Assembly (NCBI GenBank): GCA_008632985.1
Contig: QPGO01000039.1
Location: 310,001-374,000, forward strand
DNA from: Psammoneis japonica
Taxonomy: Eukaryota
DNA length: 64,000 bases
Direction: 5' to 3'
Position numbers and translations under genes: made by a program. The notes under the pieces are model-generated. The model searched no databases and was not told the DNA's origin. It saw only the letters and a list, made by a program, of their open reading frames with translations. Shown here piece by piece: positions 1 through 12,299 of this stretch. The first letter of the stretch is position 1; every line of letters begins with the position of its first letter.

Positions 1-777
1 CTTCTTCAATTCCTCGTAGGCAAAGGTTTCGTCATTGGTTTCCTCCACAGCGTCATCACACAATTTCTTGTAAATCAAATGAAAATCTCGAATATCATCG
101 TTATGCAAATAATACGGTGTCAGGTCGGCACCACCCCCAAACCATGCCATGCTGCACGTCGACGATGATTGGACGAGAAATATGCGTACATCGGAACGAA
201 ACGTGGGCACCATTGGACTACGGGAATGCAAAACGATACTGAGTGCTGCGGCCGAATAGGTATCGCCCGCTTGAACATCTTGTTCATCATCCGAATCTTG
301 CTGATTTTGTTGTCTCGCTCGAATGGCTCCAGCCCGTTCCTTGGACAAGACACCCTGTTGAATCATGGTGAAGCTACATGCACCCTTTTCAATCACGTCA
401 CCACCTTGAATGACTCGTGTGATACCGCCGCTCCTCCCTCCCTCCTCCTTGTCAGCAAACACTCCCCACGTATCATTGGTGAAGGCAGCACCGGATCCGT
501 CCATTTCTTCCAAGGCGTTAACAATCTCTAATTGTTTTGTCTGCAAAAAGTCGCTAAACTCGTGAAACAATACAGTTGAACTCTTCTCTTGAGTCTTCGT
601 ATCGGAATCGGTATCGGCATCCTCCTCCTCCACAAGAGACATTCTAAATCCATTATTGGCCGCATCCGTAGCAAGCGATGGCCGGCGGTTTGCAATGGAT
701 TTGGGTGCAAAGATTAACGCTGCTGCTTGACGAGGAAGCGCGTTCAGCAAAACGACGCTCGTGCTAAACGCCTTCAT
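1..777 (-). CDS. hemF: Oxygen-dependent coproporphyrinogen III oxidase, 3'-truncated by the window edge; probable plastid-targeting presequence
   Basis: Not in the ORF track because it has no stop in the window. Manual translation from ATG 777 gives MKAFSTSVVLLNALPRQAAALIFAPK...SGGITRVIQGGDVIEKGACSFT...YSAAALSIVLHSRSPMVPTFRSDVRIF...WFGGGADLTPYY, which contains the CPOX family motifs. Confidence 0.92.
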   Translation of the reverse strand, partial: MKAFSTSVVLLNALPRQAAALIFAPKSIANRRPSLATDAANNGFRMSLVEEEDADTDSDTKTQEKSSTVLFHEFSDFLQTKQLEIVNALEEMDGSGAAFTNDTWGVFADKEEGGRSGGITRVIQGGDVIEKGACSFTMIQQGVLSKERAGAIRARQQNQQDSDDEQDVQAGDTYSAAALSIVLHSRSPMVPTFRSDVRIFLVQSSSTCSMAWFGGGADLTPYYLHNDDIRDFHLIYKKLCDDAVEETNDETFAYEELKK

Positions 778-1366
778 GGTGACTATGAAATCCAAAGCCG
801 CAATCTCTTTTGATGCAAAACAGAGACAGCCGGCAGCGTTGATGTCAGGTCCTTGTGCTCGCGACACAAGCGTTGCCTCCCCTCTTTGCTTTATTTCACT
901 CGGGCGGGCGGCAAGGGTGCGGTGACGTTTTGCCGTCAGCAGTCATCGCGCAGAGGCAAGTGGCATTTTTTGAAATTTTCGTTTCTGCCGGCGCGTTTTG
1001 TATCGAAGCATGTGTCACTATATTATATTAAAATGCATAATATATGAATATATGACCTTTTCCATACAAAAATCTACAAATAACAATGATTAAATTATTC
1101 AAAATTATAAAGAACATTAATCCTATCAGAGAAAGATCTTTCCGAATGTATTCAACGTTGAAAGAGCTCAAGAAAGGTACTATCAAGACTATAAGAAAAA
1201 GAGAAGTATCTCTTTTTCTCACAAAGGTAGAAAGCTACAGGACCAACAAGCTCCAGTAGGGCCCTACCGCCGGCCATCATCTGCTGAATTTTCTCCATAC
1301 ACATCATGATACAGACTAAGCTTGGGTACTTGCTACGGTACAGTAGAGTAGAGGCTCTCTCTACTC

Positions 1367-1368
<2 letters not shown>

Positions 1369-1416
<48 letters not shown>
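1369..1416. repeat. (GA)n microsatellite
   Basis: Perfect GA run of about 24 units. Confidence 0.98.
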
Positions 1417-1420
<4 letters not shown>

Positions 1421-1626
1421 TACAGCACCAGAGAGGGACTACTGCGACTATGAGAAAAAGAGAACGACATTGTTGATTGAAAAGGAAAGCCCGGCCAAGT
1501 CATTATTGTGAGAACCCGAACTCCTCGACGTCGATCGTGGGTGTCAAGTCGATAGGTTTCTTGTTTGCCTCAACCTGCTTTCAAAACATACCAGGTAAAG
1601 AACAACGAACATTGAGAACAAGTGTT

Positions 1627-4600
1627 ATGAGAGAACGAAGAAGACACAGTCGCCCCACAACGGAGGGACGCGGAATAAACGGTCAAGGAGGGAGGCAGGG
1701 TCAAAATGCTGACACCAAGAGGCTTCTCCCCGACAGTCGCGAAGAAAAGATGCGTCGACGTGAGGAGCATAAGAAGCTTCTTCTTCTCCCAAAGGACACC
1801 TTCAGTTTCTTCGCTTATGTTGAGTTCGGAAGCAAATCATTTGTACTGGCGTTCCTAGTGCTTTTGGTCCAAGTGCTGACCCTATCCTTCTTAATGGCAG
1901 ATGGAATAGACCTCGAAGATGACAAGAATCCCCTCAACATCCCCGCATCAGTTACTGGGGAAGTGCTAGCATGCCAGTTTCTAGCCTTGCTCATTGCAGT
2001 GTTAAGCCAGACGGATCTCATAGCGTCAACGAACCTGTTCTACAATGGATACAGAGTCACGTCGAAAGAAGATAAGGACGTGGTTGATTTCGAGGTGGCA
2101 CTACGCGAACTTGAACCGTCGACCCAGGATGATGAAGAATGTCAGAGCAGTCCTGCCAACTACGATGAAGAATCTCGCCTGCAAGAAGCTTTCACTGTGG
2201 TGGAGGAGACCAAGGAAGAAGCTCCGAATGAATTGAGTCGACAAGGTTGTTCGGATGAACACGCCGTTGAAGGTATGTCAGACAAACACCTGTGCTACAA
2301 AGCGAAAGAGCTATTAAAACGATGCAGGAAATGGTTAGACGCCTATCCGGAAGAAGCAGAACGGACATATTCGTCGTCATATTGGAAGTGGTTCTTCTCT
2401 GTCCTCCTGCGCTTTCTTGAAGGAGCCCTTTGTCTCACAGTTACCTTCATTCTAGTCGTGCGTGAAGAGACGGCAAGGGACGTGCTTCTCAACTTCACGG
2501 CTGTTGAGTTTGTCTCAAATATTGACAATTTGTGCTTTGGCCTTGCAATGATGGGTTATTTTGGCGAGAACGTCCGAGCAGATGCAGGCAACAAAATCAT
2601 CGACGAGGATAATGCTCAAGTTAAAAAACCAATCGAGTTAGCGTTCGTTCCAAAGAGATTCAAGAAGATCCCATTCCATGCCATTGTGATGTTTATCATA
2701 TTCATTGGCTTGGTAAGTGGCTGGACCGCCGTTGTTATAAAGCAACGCAATGGAGATTACATCTCCGAAGCTGTGTTTGTGCAGTTTAGCGATGAATACC
2801 TGCCAGCACTTGGGACTTACAGTGGCGTATATCGCCGAAGTGGCAGGGGAAATGCCTACCGAATGATGTACGAAGCGGTCGTATCTGAGGACTCTCAGTC
2901 TGCATTAAGTCACTCCGAACAAGCATGGCTGGGGTACTGTCCGATACATAATGAGAACAGTGGCTTTTGGAGCCTCACAATAGACGGCGACCCATGCTCG
3001 TGGCTGACACGCTCCTCCGACTCAGTGTCATTTGAAATTCTGGATTCAGCGACTTCTCAATGGTATGTCAAGGATGGAACCCGTACTGTCCCTATTCAAC
3101 ACTTCACAATGGTTCCCTTTCCAGGGACGGAACCGTGCCAAGGACATGGCTTCTTTAGAAACGGAGTATGCGAGTGCAAAGACGGTTGGCTTGGCTTGGA
3201 TTGCGGATTCAACGACACATGCACTCACTTGTCACTAGACGTTCGAAAAGAAGAATTTTTCAGCGGTCGCAAGTGGGTGTCAGATTTCGATCTCTATCGC
3301 GATGAGGAAGCCAAGGTTGTGAAAGTCTACGGTCGTCCTGTTTTCGTCAAGAAGACACTTTCAGGACAAGCTGAAATTATCATGTTCGTCGGACGCCGTT
3401 GGGTGCTTTACGAGAGATCACAGAATGGTATGGATCAGTACTTGAAGCAATTCCACGCAACTTTCACTAAAGATTTCGACGTTGTCTTTTTAAGTGAAGC
3501 CGTGGATATTGGCAGCCCTTCGGATACGATCACGCCCCTGAACCTTGAATGGTTTCATTCCGCCGATCGAACGGCGTCTCATTTCCGCCTTCCGGCAGTT
3601 GATTCTACGAGCTCCACGGAGGCTGTTTTGCTCTGTTCTGTTTGCAATAACACAACGAATCCATGCCAAAACAATGGTATTTGTGTAGAGGGTAAGTGCA
3701 AGTGCGCGGTGGCTGCAAAGGGTAGTATCTGCGAAGACCCGCCTGTCGGAAACGGGCGCTGTGATGAGTACCTCAACACACCTGAGTTTGATTTCGATGG
3801 CGGAGATTGCTGCGAGTCGCGTTGTGTTAGCAGTCAAGAGTACACTTGTGGCAAGGACGATACGGGATATGCGGACCATGGATATTTCTTTTGTAAAGAT
3901 CCGGTGAACGTTTGGAGGCCAAATAGCATTCCACTTCCTGGTGTTAGCCCTGTTGCGCAATCTGGGTCTTCGGTGGCGCTATCTGAGAATGGTGCTGTAC
4001 TCGCTGTTGGCGATCCTGGCGCCGACACAGTTCGCCTATTTGATAAGTTTGGAGCTGAATGGGTTCAGCGTGCACAGTTGGTGGGACCAATATCTTCCGA
4101 CTTTGGTAGGTCGGTCGCAGTACAGTTGACCTCGCCGAGCAACATCGTCAGCAATCCTTCCGACCTCGCCAGCGTGAACGTCGCCGCATCAGGAAACAAA
4201 ATTGCACGCGTTTACGGCTGCACGACAAAGGGTTGCCAACAGATCGCAAGTGACATCAAATTAAGCGGCACTGGCAACGGTCTTGCGTTGTCGCGTGACG
4301 GTGTCGGAATGCTTGTCGCTGTTTCATCATGGTCAGAGCGGTGGGAAACAGCTGTCCAAGTCTTTAGGAGCCCGGAATCTACTGGAACTTGGACGCAGGT
4401 AGGAAAGACTGTTGGTCATGACACAACTGGAAGCAGGTACGTTGCTTTCTCAAGAGACGGGAAAACTTTGGCTTTGGGAGGTTACCATAATTTGGCAGCC
4501 GATACCTTCATTGGGAATCTGAAGGTTGAAGTGTATTCATGGAACGAAAAGATGAAGGATTGGGATAGGTTGGGAGACGACAAGATCGAGAGCTCTTCTG

Positions 4601-6057
4601 AAGTCCACGGTGCAGAGCTTCCTTCCCAATCAGTTGCGCTTTCTGGTGATTCGATGGTGCTTGCGATTGGCTCGATTGGCTCTTCACCCGGGGTCCAAGT
4701 GTTCGTCTGGAACAAAACGGAAGAGGAGTGGACAGAACGCGGAGCCCTAATTGTCGGAGCAGACAACCGAGAACTCGTGGGATGGTCTGTCGATTTGTCT
4801 TTCGACGGATCGATTGTTGCGGTCGGAACAGGCCGCGGAATGGTTGATGGGGAGAGAAGCTCTATCCGCGTATTTAGATGGAACGGAACAGAGCATGAGC
4901 AGCTCTGGAATGGAATTCCAGGAGGAGAAACAAGTGCAATCTCCCTCTCGGACGATGGGTCGGTGTTGGCAGTTGGACTGCCATTTTTCGAAGGCAACCG
5001 GCGAGGAACGACAATCGTCTATGACTTCCTGTCTCCCAACAACAACTGCAGTAGTACCTCCGCACTTTTTCGCCTATCCGTTACGGCGGACGACAAGGCA
5101 AATGAGACTTCTTGGGACCTCCGTACTTCTAACGAGACCTTACTTGAAGGGGGCTTCGCTGATGGAGTGGGCGCCTTCTCAACGGCTGTGGAAGAGGTAT
5201 GCTTGGAAATGGAAGATTGCAACATCTTCACCATATATGATACCGACGGCATAGATCCACCTGGTGGCTACATCATCTTTCTGAATGGTACAGAACATGC
5301 CTCAGGAGGCGATTTTTCCGTTTATGAAAGGCGTCGCATCGGAAATTGTTCCTGTGACGAGGAAAAGGAACAATTTCGGGCTGTTATCAAACATCCTGAC
5401 TTTGTTTATTGGTCCCTCTATGATGTAGCACATGGCCAAACCATTGTCCGGGGCGGTGGCAATCAGACATGGTCTCGTTCAGCAGTCGAGGAAGAATTTT
5501 GCATCGAAGCCAGTGACTGCTTACAACTTTCAATCATTAAAACTCACAATGGTGAAGGGAGAAAGTCTGAATATGAGTTTTTTCTTGGAGACGACGACTC
5601 TCCGGTTCTTCAGGGCTATCTGTTTTTAATGGAGGAGACGGACAGATCCAACGTCACAGCCTGTCCTGACACACCAATACCTCCTCCTGCCGAATGCGAC
5701 ATTGGGGAAGTGCCTGTACGCGTCGAAGTGACACAAAAGCTCTTTCATAATTACCAGGCTCCATGGTCCCTCGTCAGTGCGTCCACGCGGGATGGTGCGG
5801 TAGAGACCAAGCTACTGTTGGAAAGTGCCCCTGGGGACCCAACAATGTTTGATCGGACAGTTGTGGAGCAAGCATGCGTGATGCCAGAAGAATGCCTTAA
5901 GTTTTCTTTCGGGTTTGGAAATTATTCGTCAAGCCACGTTGATTTTGAAGCCAATACGCCTGGAGATTACAGGCTCTTTTACGATGGAGAGAACATCACA
6001 GCATGGGAGGGAAAACCGCAGATTTTCGGAAATTGCGCCAATGTGACGTTTCCATAA
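1627..6057 (+). CDS. Large multi-pass membrane protein with EGF-like, LNR/Notch-like and FG-GAP/integrin-alpha-like beta-propeller domains
   Basis: Uninterrupted ORF with first ATG at 1627. N-terminal hydrophobic helices; EGF-like CECKDGWLGLDC and NPCQNNGICVEGKCKC; LNR-like GNGRCDEYLNTPEFDFDGGDCC; repeated GxSVALSxDGxxLAVG blades. Confidence 0.85.
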   Translation: MRERRRHSRPTTEGRGINGQGGRQGQNADTKRLLPDSREEKMRRREEHKKLLLLPKDTFSFFAYVEFGSKSFVLAFLVLLVQVLTLSFLMADGIDLEDDKNPLNIPASVTGEVLACQFLALLIAVLSQTDLIASTNLFYNGYRVTSKEDKDVVDFEVALRELEPSTQDDEECQSSPANYDEESRLQEAFTVVEETKEEAPNELSRQGCSDEHAVEGMSDKHLCYKAKELLKRCRKWLDAYPEEAERTYSSSYWKWFFSVLLRFLEGALCLTVTFILVVREETARDVLLNFTAVEFVSNIDNLCFGLAMMGYFGENVRADAGNKIIDEDNAQVKKPIELAFVPKRFKKIPFHAIVMFIIFIGLVSGWTAVVIKQRNGDYISEAVFVQFSDEYLPALGTYSGVYRRSGRGNAYRMMYEAVVSEDSQSALSHSEQAWLGYCPIHNENSGFWSLTIDGDPCSWLTRSSDSVSFEILDSATSQWYVKDGTRTVPIQHFTMVPFPGTEPCQGHGFFRNGVCECKDGWLGLDCGFNDTCTHLSLDVRKEEFFSGRKWVSDFDLYRDEEAKVVKVYGRPVFVKKTLSGQAEIIMFVGRRWVLYERSQNGMDQYLKQFHATFTKDFDVVFLSEAVDIGSPSDTITPLNLEWFHSADRTASHFRLPAVDSTSSTEAVLLCSVCNNTTNPCQNNGICVEGKCKCAVAAKGSICEDPPVGNGRCDEYLNTPEFDFDGGDCCESRCVSSQEYTCGKDDTGYADHGYFFCKDPVNVWRPNSIPLPGVSPVAQSGSSVALSENGAVLAVGDPGADTVRLFDKFGAEWVQRAQLVGPISSDFGRSVAVQLTSPSNIVSNPSDLASVNVAASGNKIARVYGCTTKGCQQIASDIKLSGTGNGLALSRDGVGMLVAVSSWSERWETAVQVFRSPESTGTWTQVGKTVGHDTTGSRYVAFSRDGKTLALGGYHNLAADTFIGNLKVEVYSWNEKMKDWDRLGDDKIESSSEVHGAELPSQSVALSGDSMVLAIGSIGSSPGVQVFVWNKTEEEWTERGALIVGADNRELVGWSVDLSFDGSIVAVGTGRGMVDGERSSIRVFRWNGTEHEQLWNGIPGGETSAISLSDDGSVLAVGLPFFEGNRRGTTIVYDFLSPNNNCSSTSALFRLSVTADDKANETSWDLRTSNETLLEGGFADGVGAFSTAVEEVCLEMEDCNIFTIYDTDGIDPPGGYIIFLNGTEHASGGDFSVYERRRIGNCSCDEEKEQFRAVIKHPDFVYWSLYDVAHGQTIVRGGGNQTWSRSAVEEEFCIEASDCLQLSIIKTHNGEGRKSEYEFFLGDDDSPVLQGYLFLMEETDRSNVTACPDTPIPPPAECDIGEVPVRVEVTQKLFHNYQAPWSLVSASTRDGAVETKLLLESAPGDPTMFDRTVVEQACVMPEECLKFSFGFGNYSSSHVDFEANTPGDYRLFYDGENITAWEGKPQIFGNCANVTFP

Positions 6058-6539
6058 CACACAAGTCAGGATCAGAATCCACGTATGTCTTACACGTCAA
6101 GAACCTATCAATCGCACGGGAAAACTGTGATACTGATACGCTCTGTCCGTTGCAGTAGCTCTTTTCTTGCATTGATTTTCATTGGGCTTTTGGTTGGTGC
6201 TCCGCATCACAAACTGTGATTGTTCACTGCGTGCAAATTGGACGAGCTTCTTCTTTACAATGCATAAATTAGAGTTGCATAGTGTACTTACACATTGCTG
6301 TGTCAGGAATCAACACGCTCTCAAACTCGCTCGAGCTTTTTACAAGAAGGTTTTTTTGCACTCAGTGTTGTGGGACGGTGAATCAATCATGCATGCGGAG
6401 TGTTCATAAAATCACTGGCTCTATGCAAGAGGAAGAAGACGATGAACGCCCCGCCATGGTTTTCGAGTTTTCAGTCGTTTGTTGAGATTTATTTGTTTTC
6501 ACGTGCAACGTCCGCGTCACCTAACTAGCTAGTGGTGCG

Positions 6540-7620
6540 GGGAGAGGGACAGACACGGACACTGAGTCATGTAGGTGGGGAAGGGTGTGGGTTTGAGAGC
6601 GGGGTGAGTGAGTTGAGAATGTAGTTTCGTAGAACAGCGTGTGAGTTGGTCAGCAAGGGATTTGGTGATGGCAAAGCTGATGCTTTGTAGACCCCATTGT
6701 GCAGGAGTTGTGGTGTGGTGGGTGAGTCCAAAGCGCGCAGATGAGGTGCTTTTCCATGCAGCACCAGCGGTGGCAGGCAAAATGGCGGAGGGTGATGAGT
6801 GGGCACAGGTGCGGGCAGCATGGGCAGCGGGATGTTGGAAGCAGGATTCAGTGGTCCAGGGAGGGGCAGGTGGGGCAGCAATGGGATGATCTTGGTCTGC
6901 ACCACAAAGAGGAGGCAGTGGGCGAAGCAGCTGGGAGCGCCGAAGTGATCGATGGTGAAGGGTGTGAGACAGATGCCGGCGTCATTGAGAGCAGATGTAA
7001 GGGTTGCTTCACATTGGGTTTGAATTTCCACCTGGTGCTCAAATGGTGTGCTTCGGCACATGGATTGGGAGTTGGGGCAGGCAAGCCAGGAGCTGCTGGA
7101 AGTGGAGGAGGTTTGGGTGCAGAGTGGTGAAGTGGCAGAGGCAGCTGGGTTAAGTTGGACGCCAATGTCAGTGGGGTGCTTGAGGGGAGAGTGAGGGATG
7201 AGGTCAGCTGGTTTGTGGTGGACTGCAGATGAGTCGGTGCAGATGCCGGAGAGCGGGGTGAGAGTTTGGAGCGTGGCGAACAAGCCAGCATGGATGGCAT
7301 TGGACGTTGCAGTTTTGCATCCAAGGGAGTGGCATCAGAAGGCATGGTTGCTGCAGGGATCAGCTGTGCCATTGCAAGAGAGGTGCGTGACAGAAGCAAG
7401 GCACTCCAGTGAGATGGGAAGTCGAGGTTTGCGTTGGAGCATGAGGCGGAAGTGGTGTGAGGCCAGGCATTGGTGTGGCAAAGAGCGGGAGAGCAAGTGC
7501 AGGGAGAGGCTGGTGAATGGGGAAAGAAGAGAAAGGAGTGCAAGGGTGACGTGTGCTGGGCCATGTTGTCAGAGGTGTTGCAGTTGGCGTTGAAAGTGAG
7601 CACAGCAGAATCCTTTGTGA
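6540..7620 (-). mobile_element. Decayed 3' end of a non-LTR retrotransposon (CRE-like: CCHC finger plus restriction-like endonuclease)
   Basis: Minus strand reads SCNGTADPCSNHAF*CHSLGCKTATSNAIHAGLF (family-like DPYGDHAFRC...KT...N.IRD), followed by LKHPTDI (RPxD) and LTPFTIDHFG. Confidence 0.65.
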
Positions 7621-7728
7621 TGTTGTTTGGGGGGGGGGTTTAGACAGCATGAGCAATGAGAGCAAGAACAATGCAAGAATGCTCATGTGACATGCAGACA
7701 GTGCCACCAATGCCACCACCTCAAACTG

Positions 7729-9248
7729 TCAAGTGCGTGCATGGGCACCACGCCCGAATCCTGCTCCATGTCCACCACCTTTGTCATTTTTGTAACCATG
7801 TCCGCGTCCAGCACTTGCCGACTGAGATTGCTGCTGCTGAGGTTGTTGCGTTGTTTCTTTCGAGCCTTGTCGTGTGGCTGCCACATGCCGTCCCAAAGGG
7901 TCGCCACGTCCCTGTTGTCCTTGACCTCCACGCACGGCCATGTGCTCACGGGCTTGCACAATGCATGCTTGGCTGCCGTCAAACCACAACTGTTGCCACT
8001 CATCTGGGGAAAACGCACAAGTGGGATTGGACGCATCTGCGCCATTGATCACAGCACCTCGTCCACCAAAGTGTCCCCTGCCGCAGCCTTGCTTGTTCCT
8101 GCCTCGACCGCCACGTGGCCCTCTGCCACCACCTCTGGCAAAGCCTCTCCCTTGGCACCCATCACGGGTTGTCTCCAAAATCTTGTGCTTTGAGTGATGC
8201 TGAGCTTCCAATTGAGCCGCTCCATGCAAATGAGAGACTTCTGAAGAAAAGAGTGCACAAGCGCCAGTGAAATCACGGGGAAACTGCTGACTGATCACAG
8301 GGGTGCAGGCTTGCAGTCTGACGTTGTCGGTTTTGATTCCTCGCAAGAGAATGTCAACCTTCTGTCTTTCTGTTTTATGCTCATCCTTGTCTTTGTTCAA
8401 GGTCGCAAATGCAGTGGTGAGTTTTGCCGTGTAACGCTCGAATGACAAACACCATTCATTCTTGCAATGCAACGTCCGAATGTTTGCCAGTGCTGGCTGC
8501 GCACGCTTGCTGAGTTCTCCCTGTCCATTGCAATGGTTTGCCCACGCCCAAAATGCATCTCTCCCATTCTCAGTGTTGTCACATTGTTCGATCCAAGTCC
8601 ATCCTTCCGCATTTACAAGGCATCCTTTTTCAACAAATGACAAACTGTGCGATTGTCCGAATCGAAAGCTGTCCCATTCAGGCTCAACTGACACATGCGC
8701 TCTTTGACATCATCAATGAATTCAGCCAGAGCTGCTGCCGGTCTTACAACATGTCGCAACAGTTCCTTCAACACACCAATCTTCTGTGACAAGAGATTCA
8801 AGAGTGCATCTTCCATCACATCATGGTCTTCTGACTTAAATGCCGGCAAGGAACTGGCCGTTTCATCCAATTCAACCATGTCCTTTTTGATCCACTTTTG
8901 TTGATGAGCTTCAACCAACGCTGCCTGGTTGAACAGTGTGGCATCAAGCAAGAGATTGTGCTTCTGACGATCATGAAGCCACCACACCAGGGCTTGCAAA
9001 TTCTTAATCTGAACAGCACCAAGCACTAATCTGCCATCGTTGACACTGTGCCTTCCAGCTCTGTTTGCCATTTCTTCCACATCTGAGTCACCTTCCACAA
9101 CTGCAATGTCCTCTAAAGTCACAAACCCATCAAAGAACACCAAATGAGCTCTTGCATTGACGTTGGCAATGCCACATGTCTGCAATGCGTTGTCCACATC
9201 TACAGCCAGTGCTGGGGCTGCTGAAGCTTGGGCTGGTGCTGCTGCCAT
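7729..9248 (-). mobile_element. Decayed Ty1/copia (diatom CoDi-like) gag, frameshifted near 8620-8690; no pol seen
   Basis: Motifs LGAVQIKNLQALVWWLHDRQK, NGRDAFWAWANHCNGQGELSKR and LHCKNEWCLSFERY, then an RGG-rich tail. Confidence 0.8.
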
Positions 9249-10586
9249 GCTCTCTTGTGAAACAAAGGCAACAAAATGATGTCCATGATGGACACACAAG
9301 GTGACTGTGAGACTCGCACAATGGGTGTGGATGGGAGACTGAACGCTCTCCGAGCACCGTGGTGACAGGTCCACGCAGTCAACCGGCAATGGGAGGCCAC
9401 CCCATGCTGTTTTGTCTGATTGAGCACGCGCTCTGGGCTTGCCACCCCACACTGCTACGTTCAACACCTGTTGCACATGTTGAAAACCAATGTGTTTGCA
9501 AGTGTGATGCCATTTCAACCGCAGCGATTCTCGTCGTTCGTGTTCATGTCTTTTTCCGTGTCATTGCGCAACGCACACACGTGGAACCCGGTGCTCTTTC
9601 CATGGCTGACACCCATGTGGTTCTGCACAGCAATGAACGGCTGCGCGTGTCGTTTCAATTGATGCTCACATGATTGTAGTGCCATTTCTTTCTGTCACTC
9701 AGTTGCACGACAATGGCTCTGACAAAGCGAGTGAATGGCGATGTGGTCCATGGCCCATGCTGGGGCACCCTCACTTCGTCTCTAAAGAACAACGACTGCT
9801 CGCACCGTTGATGCAACACTTCTCTCTAGATCATGCACGCTGACCCATGCGCACGAACCTGCACACTGACCAGGACAGACCACTCCATCAAGATTTGCTC
9901 GCACGCGCGCCTGGAAACATGTGCCCCCTCTCCATCTCTCTCCCCTCCTCCTTTTCCTCTTCCTTTTTTGATGAACTCGGAGTGGCCACAAACATGGCAT
10001 TGCCATTTGCAATTCAAGCATTGCAGTGGCTACGCGGGGCATTTGGGATGCAGAGTTCGACACGATGCCCAGCGATTTCTGGAATTGGAGGAGTTAGGAT
10101 CACACAACAAAGCAGCTTCCACACACGTGCAAGACATGGAATGCAACACGCCGACTGCCTGTTTTTTGTTTGCCAACCAGAGTTTGGTCTACAATCATTT
10201 GAAGGACGAATGGCACCAGTCACAAATGAAATGTCATTCTGGTCGCAGAACACGACTGCCAACCAAGACACATCGAAATTGTCAGCTGCGGGGTTCGAAA
10301 CAAATGGCCGCCGCTTGAAACGCAAATCGGACAGCAATGAACTAGTTCACAATCTAGACACAACAACTTTTGACAATGTCCATTCACTGCTTTGCTGTTG
10401 CTGTTGCTGCTTTTGTCAACGAGACCTCCGTTGACTGTGTGTCAGCCTTGGAAAGGCATCTCAACTGGTTGTTGAGACCAATCTGCGCATCGGCATCAAG
10501 CTTCTAGCCAATTTTGCCACTGCGGATGCCATTTTGAAGCAAACCCGGGAAAGCAGTGAGTTTGAAACACACTTCTTGTCTTCACC

Positions 10587-12150
10587 ATGGTGCCAACTCC
10601 ACCTCCTTCACCCACAAGCACAGGGACCAGTGCCACGACGCCGAATGCCAAGCTCATGCAAGACCTGCTGTCAGTGTTCTCTGAAATGGGAATCAAGAAC
10701 AAACTGCTGCCAACTCCTTCTCTTCAAGGCAGAACCCACAAGTCCCATGGAGCGCACATTGGTGGATCAAAACTGGACAACAACTGTGACCAGACCAAGT
10801 TGCGCACTCACCGATTCGCACCCCAGCGTCATCACCCAAAGGCTCTCGATTGGATCGAGCGCTCTCTCTGAGATCAACAAGCTTCTGCGATGACCCACAA
10901 GTTCAACGGAAGACTTGAGATTTCAAATGGTCCTGTCAACAAGCTAGATGAGGATGATTTTGTCAAAACCATTCAAGATTCAGTTGAGGCTCATGGACAG
11001 GAGACATTCTGCCACGTCAAGAAATTGGAAGGAACGGTCGCCTGCATTTTTGACAATCTCCACGAGTTCTCTGTGACGGATCTACGAGATGAATGCTCCA
11101 CCCGTTCAGCAGCTGCAGACAACTCAGCCTACGATGACATTGAGAACAATGATGTTGGGCTCTCTCAGCTGCTGGCATTGTCCAGAATCACAAATTCCTT
11201 CCGTGAGAAAATCCACACCGAGTTCAACCACTTGAAAGACTTCAAGAATTGTCCAGGATCCGTGCTCTTCATGATGGCCCTGGGTGCGTGCAATGCTGGT
11301 GCTCTAGCTGATGTTGAGAGTGCTGAAAAGGACCTGGAAGAGCCTGCTCTGTCTGAACATTCTGGTGAAGATTGCACCGACCTTGCTGCCGAAGCCCTCC
11401 GCATTGTCAAGATTGTGCAGACAGACTGCACCGTGCTGACCAATGCGGGCTTCAAGATTTTGCACAAGGCATCCAACATGTCCTCAGAACACTTCAACTG
11501 CTCAGTGCACAACAAGATTGACAAAGTCAAAAGGATGGAGCGCAAGTGTTGCTTGAAGGACCCTGCCACAATCAATTCCGACAGTTCCTGCATGATGCAC
11601 GGACTGGTCGGCATCATCGCGTGGATCCAAGAGGAGCACAACAAGCTTGCAAAGGATGGAGAGTGGCCTGCTTTGGCTGCAAAACTTCCTGAAAGCAACC
11701 TGTTGTCGGCTGATGAGCCTGCCAAGATGAAAAGTTGTTGGGGATGTGGTCTCAAGGGATGCACCAGGAAGACCTGCCCCAAGTGCAGCAAGAACCCACC
11801 TCCGGCAAACTCAGAGCACAAATCCTTGGGACCGTCAGACCCCTCGAACCAAAAGAGAGGCCTGCCACATGGCGCACCAAGTTTGATGGGGATGCTGCTG
11901 CAGATCTGAAGGTGCGCCCATGCAAATGGTGTGCGAAATGCAGAGTCAAGGGCTCGGACAAACCCAGACTCTGCCAGCGCCATTCCACCGTGGAGCATGC
12001 GGATGATTTCAAGCACCCTCCAAAGAAAAAACTGTCCAGAAACTTGTCTTCCGTTGAGGACCCTGATCATGGTGCACCCATGGGTCCCCCAGCACAGACA
12101 GACAAGGAGCCCTCCAATGAGAAATTGGACCCAAACGAGTTGATTTTTAT
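10587..12150 (+). mobile_element. Second decayed copia-like gag with zinc knuckle
   Basis: ORFs 10587-10871, 10890-11909 and 11735+ give PGSVLFMMAL, LSEHSGED (LxxYPGED-like), DGEWPAL and knuckle CWGCGLKGCTRKTC, then KWCAKC...HSTVEH. Confidence 0.7.
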
Positions 12151-12299
12151 GGTCAAGTGTCTGAGGATGGCCCATTGCTTCACACGCAAGTTGAAAATCC
12201 ACTTGATGCATTGCAAAAGGGATGTTTTGGCAACATCAGGAAGGAAGGGTGCTGCAAGGGGTCCTGTGCCATGTCGCATCTGCAAAGCTCTCAACATGG

